Of a DNA stretch of 24,000 nucleotides, positions 8,395 through 15,120 are shown one piece after another. A program made the position numbers and the translations under genes. Source of the DNA: Williamsia sp. Leaf354 (GTDB lineage: Bacteria > Actinomycetota > Actinomycetes > Mycobacteriales > Mycobacteriaceae); contig NZ_LMPL01000004.1 of assembly GCF_001424365.1 (NCBI RefSeq), positions 419,831 to 443,830 on the forward strand. Reading direction: 5' to 3'. The notes under the pieces are model-generated. The model was not told the DNA's origin, did not search any database, and saw only the letters and a list, made by a program, of their open reading frames with translations. Within the stretch, counting starts at the first letter, position 1, and each line of letters starts with the position of its first letter.

Positions 8395-8428
8395 ACAGGG
8401 GGAGCGGCCCGAAGGCCACTCCCCCTGT
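8395..8428 (-). terminator. Strong GC-rich hairpin terminator after the porin gene pair
   Basis: acagggggag (8395..8404) pairs perfectly with ctccccctgt (8419..8428). An inner ggcc/ggcc stem closes on a cgaa tetraloop. It begins 24 nt past the porin stop at 8452. Confidence 0.7.
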
Positions 8429-8451
8429 GGGAGAACTGTCAGATCAGCCGA

Positions 8452-9117
8452 TCAGAACAGGCTGAACTGCTTGCCGTACAGGGTGACGACGCCATCGACG
8501 GCGTCGGTCGAGACGGTGACGACGATCTTCGGCTTGGCCGAGGCGTAGCCGGCGCACGCGTCGACCGAGAAGCGCTCGCCGCTGTAGGCGATACCGCCGC
8601 GCTTGCCCGCGATCGAGAACGAGTTGACCTTGTTGCCGTCGCTGTCGGTGGTGTCGACGATCGGCACGTAGGCCGCCTGGCCCGGAGCGATCGCGAAGCT
8701 GCCGCTGCCGCCGTTGGTCGAGTCGTCGTCCGGCACGATCGGAGTCGTCTGGTTGGTCAGATCGATGTCCGCGCCGCCGTCGATACCTCCGTTGGAGCTG
8801 AAGCTCAGCTGGCAACCGACGAGGTAACCGGCCAGCACGTTCGCGCCGACGGCCTTGCCGCCGATGGTCACGATGACCTGGCCCGAGACGGTGACGTTGC
8901 GGCTGGTCGGCAGTGCGACCGTCGATCGCTGGACGCCGTACGACTGGTTCTTGAGCTCGACGGTCACCTTGGTGCCGTCGACGAGGGTGGTGGAGGTGAA
9001 GGCACCCGGCAGCGAGGCCGCGGCGGCAGCGCCCGCGCCCATGCTGGCCAGGCCCACGGCCGTGACCGAGGCGATGCTCGCGGCCGCGGCCACGAAGCGC
9101 ATCTTGGTGTTGTTCAT
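8452..9117 (-). CDS. MspA-family porin, paralogue 1 (secreted, Sec signal peptide)
   Basis: 221 aa. Signal peptide MNNTKMRFVAAAASIASVTAVGLASMGAGAAAAAS. Blocks parallel M. smegmatis MspA: LVDGTKVTV (MspA LVDGQDRTLTV), LAGYLVGCQLSF (LELGYQIGFPWSL), FSVDACAGYASA (FSVDVSGAEGG), and C-terminal TLYGKQFSLF (TTYGEPWNMN). Confidence 0.75.
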   Translation of the reverse strand: MNNTKMRFVAAAASIASVTAVGLASMGAGAAAAASLPGAFTSTTLVDGTKVTVELKNQSYGVQRSTVALPTSRNVTVSGQVIVTIGGKAVGANVLAGYLVGCQLSFSSNGGIDGGADIDLTNQTTPIVPDDDSTNGGSGSFAIAPGQAAYVPIVDTTDSDGNKVNSFSIAGKRGGIAYSGERFSVDACAGYASAKPKIVVTVSTDAVDGVVTLYGKQFSLF

Positions 9118-9147
9118 GATTCCCCTTAGCGGAAGTCAGTCTGCTTG

Positions 9148-9188
9148 CGGCAGATAAAGAATGGAGAGTGTGGGCGGATTATCTGCTG
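9148..9188 (-). other. Inter-porin stem-loop (possible partial terminator or mRNA-processing element)
   Basis: gcagataa (9150..9157) pairs with ttatctgc (9179..9186). The stem extends by G-U and C-G pairs to 9148/9188, with a 21-nt loop. It starts 3 nt after the stop of the upstream porin gene. There is no U-tract. Confidence 0.35.
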
Positions 9189-9190
9189 CG

Positions 9191-9796
9191 TCAGCCGATG
9201 CTGAACACGTTGCCGTACAGGGTCGACTTGATGTAGTAGTCGCCGGTCAGCTGGACCTCGGTGTAGGCGCGTGCCGAGGCGTAGCCGCCGCACTGCTGGA
9301 CCGAGATCTCGTAGCGCTTGTACTGGATCGCCGACACGCCCGACTTGATGTTCTTCACGCGGATGGGCGTCTTGGCGGCCTGGCCGGGCTTCAGCGGGAC
9401 GCTGATGCTGCCGGCGACGGTGCCGCCACCGACGACGTTGAGGCTGCCCGACAGTCCGCCGGTGAGGCCGGTGATGTCGATCTGGCAACCCACGATGTAA
9501 CCGGTGGTCAGGATGCCCGTCGCGTTGCCCTTGACGTTGGCGAACACGTTGGCCGAGACCTCGGCCGAACGGCCGGCACCGTTGTTGGCGACGGAGGCGA
9601 CGGGGTACGCGCTCTCCGCGGTGCGGGAGATCTTGACCGAGGTGCCGTCGATGCCGACGGTGGTCTTGGTTCCTCCGGGAAGAGGGCCGGCAGCAGCGTT
9701 ACCTGCGCCCATGCTGGCCAGACCGACGGCGGCAACCGCGGCGACGGCGCTCGCACCGATCACGCGGCGGAGGCCGGAGTTGCTCATCTTGCTCAT
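9191..9796 (-). CDS. MspA-family porin, paralogue 2 (secreted, Sec signal peptide)
   Basis: 201 aa. Signal peptide ...VIGASAVAAVAAVGLASMGAGNAAAG. It carries the same family blocks as paralogue 1: GIDGTSVKI, TTGYIVGCQIDI, ISVQQCGGYASA, and C-terminal TLYGNVFSIG. SD GAGGGA lies upstream of the ATG. Confidence 0.75.
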   Translation of the reverse strand: MSKMSNSGLRRVIGASAVAAVAAVGLASMGAGNAAAGPLPGGTKTTVGIDGTSVKISRTAESAYPVASVANNGAGRSAEVSANVFANVKGNATGILTTGYIVGCQIDITGLTGGLSGSLNVVGGGTVAGSISVPLKPGQAAKTPIRVKNIKSGVSAIQYKRYEISVQQCGGYASARAYTEVQLTGDYYIKSTLYGNVFSIG

Positions 9797-9887
9797 TCGT
9801 TCCCTCTCAAGGAAGTGCGTTTATCCCGACGACATCGAAATGTTAGCCCGGAGTGACCTGACGGTTCTGCAGAATGGTGTCGCGGAT

Positions 9888-9927
9888 CGTTAACAGGCAG
9901 ATTGCGCGACGTTACCGATGGGTTAAC
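9888..9927. promoter_or_regulatory. Three helically phased GTTA(A/C)C hexamers in the porin upstream region
   Basis: GTTAAC at 9889..9894, GTTACC at 9911..9916 and GTTAAC at 9922..9927 give spacings of 22 and 11 bp. They sit in a locally AT-richer stretch about 95-130 bp upstream of the porin start at 9796. Confidence 0.25.
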
Positions 9928-10168
9928 TTCGCACGCTGCTCGCGCCGACCTGATCCACATATCTCCAGTACGACTCAGCACCCCCCGAGGCCGGCTCAGT
10001 GCTGTGTCAGGTGGGACGTTAGCGGTCGCGCCCCCACCCGACAACACATGGGCCCACTCGTGTCGGAAAGGGTCAGGTCACAATCGCGCATCCGAGGCGG
10101 CGAAGCGCCACGAATCGGGCATGCCGGACGTAGCGCACTTCGCGCCCACACAGCGCGGTGACGAGCGG

Positions 10169-10342
10169 TTATCCGTGGTGCGGCGGGCGGTTGTCGAGGA
10201 ACCAGCGGTCGTCGGCCGATCGGGACCCGGAGTGATCTCGATCACGCATCGGTGTCGCCTCGTCGGTGGTGACGTCGGGCAGGTCGTCGCCGAACACGTC
10301 GGCGAGTCGCCGACGCCGTTCCCACTCGTCGCTGTCGGTCAC
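10169..10342 (-). CDS. Small hypothetical protein (57 aa) ending in ...DDRWFLDNRPPHHG
   Basis: Below the ORF-track size cutoff. The GTG at 10342 lies 8 nt after the moaB2 stop. Translation: VTDSDEWERRRRLADVFGDDLPDVTTDEATPMRDRDHSGSRSADDRWFLDNRPPHHG, stop TAA at 10169..10171. GC3 is about 80% by hand count. No clear SD. Confidence 0.45.
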   Translation of the reverse strand: MTDSDEWERRRRLADVFGDDLPDVTTDEATPMRDRDHSGSRSADDRWFLDNRPPHHG

Positions 10343-10350
10343 GGGGGGTC

Positions 10351-11037
10351 TCAGAACTCGGTGATCGATTCGATGATGGCCTTGGCCAACGGGGTGACGG
10401 TGGCCATGCCGTCGCGGACCGCGGCACGCGAACTGGCCAGATTGACCACCAGGGTCTGCCCCGACATGCCCGCGACGCCGCGGGAGAGCCCGGCGTCGGC
10501 GGCACCGGCGGCGAGTCCAGAACTGCGGACCGCCTCCTCGATGCCGGGCAGCGTGCGATCGAGCAGGCCCGCGGTGGCCTCGGGCGTCACGTCGCGGGGA
10601 CGCACGCCCACGCCACCGACCGACACCACCAGGTCGACACCGCCGATGACCGCGGTGTTCAGGGCGTTGCGGATCTCGACCTCGTCGGCCGCGACGGCGA
10701 CCGTGGCGTCGACGTGGAAGCCCGCCTCGGTGAGCAGCTCACCGACGAGGGGGCCGATCAGGGTCTGGTCCTCGCCGTGGGCGGCGCGGTCGTCGACGAC
10801 GACCACCAGCGCCCGACCGAGTTCCTGCGACTCCAGGCTCACCGCGTTCATCTTCTGTCCTCTCGCGTCGGCAGCCAGGCGTTCGGCTGCGACATCGGCG
10901 GCGGCGAGGTCGCGGCTGCTCACGCGACCGATCGACCCCGATTCGCCGGTCTCGTCGATGACAGTACTGCTGTGTACCGACGGCAGGATCCGCAGCACAC
11001 CGCTGTCGGCGGGGGTGTCGGTGTCGATGGTGCTCAT
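10351..11037 (-). CDS. moaB2: MoaB/Mog-family molybdopterin-related protein (MoaB2-like) with an N-terminal extension of about 60 aa
   Basis: 228 aa. MoaB/Mog blocks: DLVVSVGGVGVRPRDVTPEAT, LPGIEEAVR, LSRGVAGMSGQTLVVNLASS. The start ATG shares one nucleotide with the pepD stop (TGATG). Its position after pepD matches M. tuberculosis Rv0983-Rv0984. Confidence 0.85.
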   Translation of the reverse strand: MSTIDTDTPADSGVLRILPSVHSSTVIDETGESGSIGRVSSRDLAAADVAAERLAADARGQKMNAVSLESQELGRALVVVVDDRAAHGEDQTLIGPLVGELLTEAGFHVDATVAVAADEVEIRNALNTAVIGGVDLVVSVGGVGVRPRDVTPEATAGLLDRTLPGIEEAVRSSGLAAGAADAGLSRGVAGMSGQTLVVNLASSRAAVRDGMATVTPLAKAIIESITEF

Positions 11038-12551
11038 CAGCGGCCTCCGGTGTCGAGGGTGTCGAGGGTGACGGTGACCGTGCGGCTCGCGCCGTTGGCC
11101 GTGAACGTGATGGCGACCTGGTCGCCGGGTGCGTGCGACCGGATGGCCGCGACCAGGGCATCGCCGGAGGCGATGACGCGATCGTTGACCTTGGTGACCA
11201 CCGCACCCGAGGGGATGCCGGCCTTCGCCGCCGCGCCGCCGGGGGTGACCGCGGAGAGCTGGGCGCCGGGGGTCTGTGCGTTGGCCGACGCCGACTGCAC
11301 CGACACCCCGAGGCCGGCCTGTGTCGCGCGACCGGTCCGCTGGAGTTCCTGGGCGACCCGCATGGCCTGGTCGATCGGGATGGCGAAGCCGAGGCCGATG
11401 CTGCCCGCCTGCGCGCCTGCACTGTCGGACAGGCTGGCGATGGCGGTGTTGACGCCGATCAGCGCGCCGTTGGCGTTCACCAGCGCGCCACCGGAGTTAC
11501 CCGGGTTGATGGCGGCGTCGGTCTGGATCGCGTCGATCACCGACGCGGTGCTGTTGTCCTCGCCCTGCGTGGACACCGGCCGGTTGAGCGAGCTGATGAT
11601 GCCGGTCGTGACGGTGCCGGCGAGACCGAGCGGCGAGCCGACGGCGATCACGCTCTGGCCGACCGCGAGGTTGCCGGACTGTCCGAGGGTGATCGGGGTC
11701 AGTCCGGTCTTCGAGGCCTTGATGACGGCGATGTCGGAGATCGGGTCGGCACCGACGACGGTGGCCCCCGAGGTGGAGCCGTCGTTGTAGCTGACGGTGA
11801 GCTGGCCGGTACCCGACGACTCGGCGGTGACGACGTGGTTGTTGGTGAGGATGTAGCCGTCCTGGCTCAACACGATGCCCGAACCCTCACCCTCGCGGTT
11901 GCCGATGCGCACGTCGATCGAGACGACCGACGGCAGCACCTTGGCCGCCACCTCCTGCACCGAACCGGCTGCCGCCGCGGCGGGCTGCGAGTTGTCGCGG
12001 GGCCCGCTGACGACGCCACCCGAGACCGAGTTCGACGACGAGTTCTCCAGCCCGGCGCCGACGACCCCGCCGATTCCTCCGGCCAATGCGCACAGCACCA
12101 CGACGAGGATCACCAGACCGACGCGCGAGCCGCCGCGCGTCGCCGTCTGCGTCGCGCCCGGGTACGACGAGCCGCCGTAGGACGCGGCGGGATAGTAGGC
12201 CGGACCGGCGCCCTGCTGGGAGTATCCGTGCTGACCCCCCTGCCCGTAGGACTGTCCGGAGCCGTACTCCTGACCCGATCCGTACTGGCCCGACCCGTAT
12301 TGGCCCGATCCGTATTGGCTCGTGCCGTACTGATCCGACCCGAAGGGCTGGGTGCCGGCGGAGCCGGCCTCGTGCTGACCCGACCCGTAGTTCCCTGATC
12401 CGTACTGGCCCGATCCGTACTGATCGGATCCGTACTGGTCTGACGTGGGGCCGGTCGAACCGTGCTGGTCTGCAGAACCGGACTCGGATGCAGACCGGTC
12501 CCCCGGCGTCGATCCCTGTCCCGATTCCGACCCGTGCTGGCTGTCGGTCAT
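11037..12551 (-). CDS. pepD: HtrA-family membrane serine protease PepD (trypsin-like domain + PDZ) with a long repetitive cytoplasmic N-terminus
   Basis: 504 aa. Catalytic triad contexts LTNNHVV, SDIAVIK, NPGNSGGALVN. PDZ block VTPGGAAAKAGIPSGAVVTKVNDRVIASGDALVAAIR. One TM helix (RVGLVILVVVLCALAGGIGGVVGAGL). Close colinearity with recalled Mtb PepD. Confidence 0.92.
   Translation of the reverse strand: MTDSQHGSESGQGSTPGDRSASESGSADQHGSTGPTSDQYGSDQYGSGQYGSGNYGSGQHEAGSAGTQPFGSDQYGTSQYGSGQYGSGQYGSGQEYGSGQSYGQGGQHGYSQQGAGPAYYPAASYGGSSYPGATQTATRGGSRVGLVILVVVLCALAGGIGGVVGAGLENSSSNSVSGGVVSGPRDNSQPAAAAAGSVQEVAAKVLPSVVSIDVRIGNREGEGSGIVLSQDGYILTNNHVVTAESSGTGQLTVSYNDGSTSGATVVGADPISDIAVIKASKTGLTPITLGQSGNLAVGQSVIAVGSPLGLAGTVTTGIISSLNRPVSTQGEDNSTASVIDAIQTDAAINPGNSGGALVNANGALIGVNTAIASLSDSAGAQAGSIGLGFAIPIDQAMRVAQELQRTGRATQAGLGVSVQSASANAQTPGAQLSAVTPGGAAAKAGIPSGAVVTKVNDRVIASGDALVAAIRSHAPGDQVAITFTANGASRTVTVTLDTLDTGGR
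12222..12440 (-). repeat. In-frame degenerate tandem repeats encoding (D/G/S)QYGS(G) units in the PepD N-terminus
   Basis: Protein residues about 38-110 read DQYGSDQYGSGQYGSGNYGSGQ...DQYGTSQYGSGQYGSGQYGSGQEYGSGQSYGQGGQHGY. The DNA shows repeated ccgtactg(g/a)(c/t)c(c/g)ga units of about 15 bp. Confidence 0.85.
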
Positions 12552-12669
12552 GGCTTCGATGCCCCAATCATGGTCGTGTCGCCGTGTGGCTTCGCGCCGC
12601 GGAACGGACCCGTGTCCGTCGCGGCTGCGCGCGGTATCTGACTGCTTGACCCTAACGGTGCGCGACCGT

Positions 12670-12688
12670 CCTGAGAGGGGACTGAGAC
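12670..12688 (-). promoter_or_regulatory. MprA-box-like direct repeat upstream of pepD
   Basis: The coding strand reads GTCTCAGT-CCC-CTCTCAGG. This is two 8-bp repeats separated by 3 bp, with the TCTCAG cores 11 bp apart, about 120 bp upstream of the pepD ATG. Confidence 0.55.
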
Positions 12689-12749
12689 CCCAGCCCCCGG
12701 TTTCCTTTGAGAACCGGGCACGTACGACCGGGGCGAGACGCCCGGCGTG

Positions 12750-14210
12750 TCAGCGTGCCGGTTCGACCGGGGCGGTCTCCAGCGGTGTCGGACGGCCCGG
12801 GAGTTCCATGCGGATCAGGGCCCCACCCATGTCGGACTCGCCGGCCGCGACGGTGCCGCCATGTTTGCTGACCACCTGACGCACGATCGCGAGGCCGAGC
12901 CCGGAACCGGGCATCGAGCGGGCGGCGGTCGACCGGTAGAAACGGTCGAACACCAGCTCACGATCCTCCGGCGGGATACCCGGGCCGGCGTCGCCGACGG
13001 TCAGCTCCACGCGGTCGGGGCCGATCGGCCGCAGGGTCACGACCACCGGCCGGTCGCGGGGACTCCACTTGGCCGCGTTGTCGAGCACGTTGAGCACCGC
13101 GCGCGACAGGCCGTTGGACTCACCGAACACGAACCACGGCGTGATCGAGACCGCGAAGTCGACGTCGTTGCGCCGACGCCGGACCCGCTCCAGCGAACGC
13201 TCGAGGACCTCGGAGAGATCAACCTCCTCGTGCACCACCTGCGGTGCGTCGTCGCGCGCGAGATCGACGAGATCGCCGACCAGCGTGGACATCTCCTCGA
13301 TCTGCGCCATCACGTCGGCACGCAGGTCGGCCATGTCGGCCTCGGGGAGCGCGCGGGCGCCCGGCGCGCTGCTCGCGATCAGCAACTCGAGGTTGGTGCG
13401 CAACGACGTGAGCGGGGTGCGCAGTTCGTGCCCTGCGTCGGCGACGAGTCGCGACTGTCGATCACGCGATTCGGCGAGGGCCCGCAGCATGAGGTTGAAA
13501 CTCTGTGTGAGACGGGCGAGTTCGTCGCTACCGGTCACGGTGATGGGGTTGAGGTCGTCGGTGCGGGCGACCCGTTCGGCGGCCTGGGTGAGGCGGGCGA
13601 CCGGACGCAGACCGGCGCGGGCGACGGTGGTGCCGGCGACGGCGGCGAGGATGACACCGCACCCGCCGACGATCGCGAGGACCCACGCGAGGCGGCCCAG
13701 CACCTTGTCCGTCGGGCCGAGGCTCTGCGACATGATCAGGGTGTTGCCGTCGACCAACTTGCGCGCCATCACGCGTTGGTTGTCGACGGTCCGCAGAGTC
13801 GAGGAGGCTCCGCCGTCACCGGCGACCACCGCCTTCTCCGTCGGGCCGTAGGGAACGTCACCGATCTGGAAGGCGCGCCCGTTGGGCAGCACCAGCGCGA
13901 CCGACATGTCGGTCGAGAACAGCGTGCCGGCGACGAGACTCTCGGGCGAGTCGTCGAGCACGCCGTAGCGGGCGAGCTGGGTGATGCCGTCGGCACGGTT
14001 GAGCAACTGGGCGTCGACATCGGCGTACATGGCGCGGTACACCACGGCGTAGGCGCTGACCGCCATCACCGCGACGGCGATGCCGACGACGGTCGCGGCG
14101 AGCAGGGTGACCCGTAGTCGCAGCGAGATCGAGCGGGTGAGCGCGGTGGCGTCGCGCATCCGCCCGTGTCCGTAGGTCACCGATGCGCCCCGCTCACGGC
14201 GGTGTCTCAC
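12750..14210 (-). CDS. mprB: Envelope-stress sensor histidine kinase MprB (two TM helices, HAMP, HisKA, HATPase_c)
   Basis: H-box [15 protein letters not shown]-box [11 protein letters not shown]-boxes [22 protein letters not shown] and GSGLGLAIV. The start is uncertain. GTG 14210 overlaps the mprA stop by 17 nt. GTG 14180 and ATG 14159 are alternatives. Confidence 0.88.
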   Translation of the reverse strand: MRHRRERGASVTYGHGRMRDATALTRSISLRLRVTLLAATVVGIAVAVMAVSAYAVVYRAMYADVDAQLLNRADGITQLARYGVLDDSPESLVAGTLFSTDMSVALVLPNGRAFQIGDVPYGPTEKAVVAGDGGASSTLRTVDNQRVMARKLVDGNTLIMSQSLGPTDKVLGRLAWVLAIVGGCGVILAAVAGTTVARAGLRPVARLTQAAERVARTDDLNPITVTGSDELARLTQSFNLMLRALAESRDRQSRLVADAGHELRTPLTSLRTNLELLIASSAPGARALPEADMADLRADVMAQIEEMSTLVGDLVDLARDDAPQVVHEEVDLSEVLERSLERVRRRRNDVDFAVSITPWFVFGESNGLSRAVLNVLDNAAKWSPRDRPVVVTLRPIGPDRVELTVGDAGPGIPPEDRELVFDRFYRSTAARSMPGSGLGLAIVRQVVSKHGGTVAAGESDMGGALIRMELPGRPTPLETAPVEPAR

Positions 14211-14880
14211 GCAGCACGTAGCCGATGCCGCGCACCGTGTGGATCAGACGCGATTCGCCGTCGGCCTCGGTCTTGCGCCGCAGATATCCGACGTAGACCT
14301 CGAGCGCATTGCCCGACGTCGGGAAGTCGTAACCCCACACCTCCTCGAGGATGCGACTGCGGGTGAGCACGCGACGCGGGTTGGCCATCAACATCTCCAG
14401 CAGCGCGAACTCGGTGCGGGTCAGGCTGATCGACCGCTCGCCACGGCTGACGTCGCGGGTCACCGGGTCCATGGTCAGGTCGGAGAAGGTCATGGCCTCG
14501 GAATCGGCGTCCACCTCGCCACCGGCGCGACGCATCAGCGCACGGAGCCGGGCGAGCAGTTCCTCGAGTGCGAACGGCTTCGGCAGATAGTCGTCGGCGC
14601 CGGCGTCGAGGCCCGACACCCGCTCGGAGACGCTGTCGCGGGCGGTGAGCACCAGGATCGGCAGATCGTCGCCGGTGCTGCGGAGCCGTCGGCACACCTC
14701 GAGGCCGTCGAGCCGGGGCATCATGACGTCGAGGACGACGGCGTCGGGACGGGTCGACGCGATCTGCTCGAGTGCCTCGACCCCGTCGCCGGCGGTCTCG
14801 ACGGTGTAGCCGTTGAACGACAGGGATCGGCGAAGGGACTCCCGGACCGCGCGGTCGTCGTCCACCACCAGGATGCGCAT
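14194..14880 (-). CDS. mprA: OmpR-family response regulator MprA
   Basis: The track ORF 14194..15006 is trimmed to [25 protein letters not shown]... (ATG 14880; GTG 14886 is also possible). The sequence is near-colinear with recalled Mtb MprA through ...[17 protein letters not shown]. Confidence 0.92.
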   Translation of the reverse strand: MRILVVDDDRAVRESLRRSLSFNGYTVETAGDGVEALEQIASTRPDAVVLDVMMPRLDGLEVCRRLRSTGDDLPILVLTARDSVSERVSGLDAGADDYLPKPFALEELLARLRALMRRAGGEVDADSEAMTFSDLTMDPVTRDVSRGERSISLTRTEFALLEMLMANPRRVLTRSRILEEVWGYDFPTSGNALEVYVGYLRRKTEADGESRLIHTVRGIGYVLRETPP

Positions 14881-14902
14881 ACGCACCAGTGTGACGTGGA
14901 CT

Positions 14903-14921
14903 GCTGAGACCTCGCTGAGAC
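14903..14921 (-). promoter_or_regulatory. MprA-box-like perfect direct repeat upstream of mprA, in the divergent intergenic region
   Basis: The coding strand reads GTCTCAGC-GAG-GTCTCAGC, a perfect 8-bp direct repeat separated by 3 bp, 23-41 bp upstream of ATG 14880. It has the same TCTCAG core and 11-bp phasing as the pepD site. Confidence 0.6.
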
Positions 14922-15120
14922 ACGTCCGAACGGCGCCTCTTCGGTTACCCGAGACACGCAACTCGTTTCCGCCATCACCGAATGAGATGTTCTCAACACC
15001 TGTCATCGACGGCTCTGTGGAACCTCACAAACCTGGCCCAGTTCGGCCACGTTCGCCCCACCGAAGCCCCTAGCGTCGGCAGTCGTTCGAACAACGTCGG
15101 GAGAGAAGGGTCGGGGACAC

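Noticed and set aside
8196-8396. 66-aa ORF whose stop overlaps the DUF3263-like start (ATGA). A shorter version starts at ATG 8339.
   Set aside because: GC3 is only about 70% by hand count, against roughly 80-90% in neighbouring genes. There is no recognisable motif, and the long form starts inside the porin terminator hairpin. It may be a real leader peptide, but I cannot support it.
9976-10004. CAGCAC...GTGCTG inverted repeat and other short GC stems in the 9960-10168 region, considered as terminators of the small ORF.
   Set aside because: The stems are only 5-6 bp with long loops, which is indistinguishable from background in this composition.
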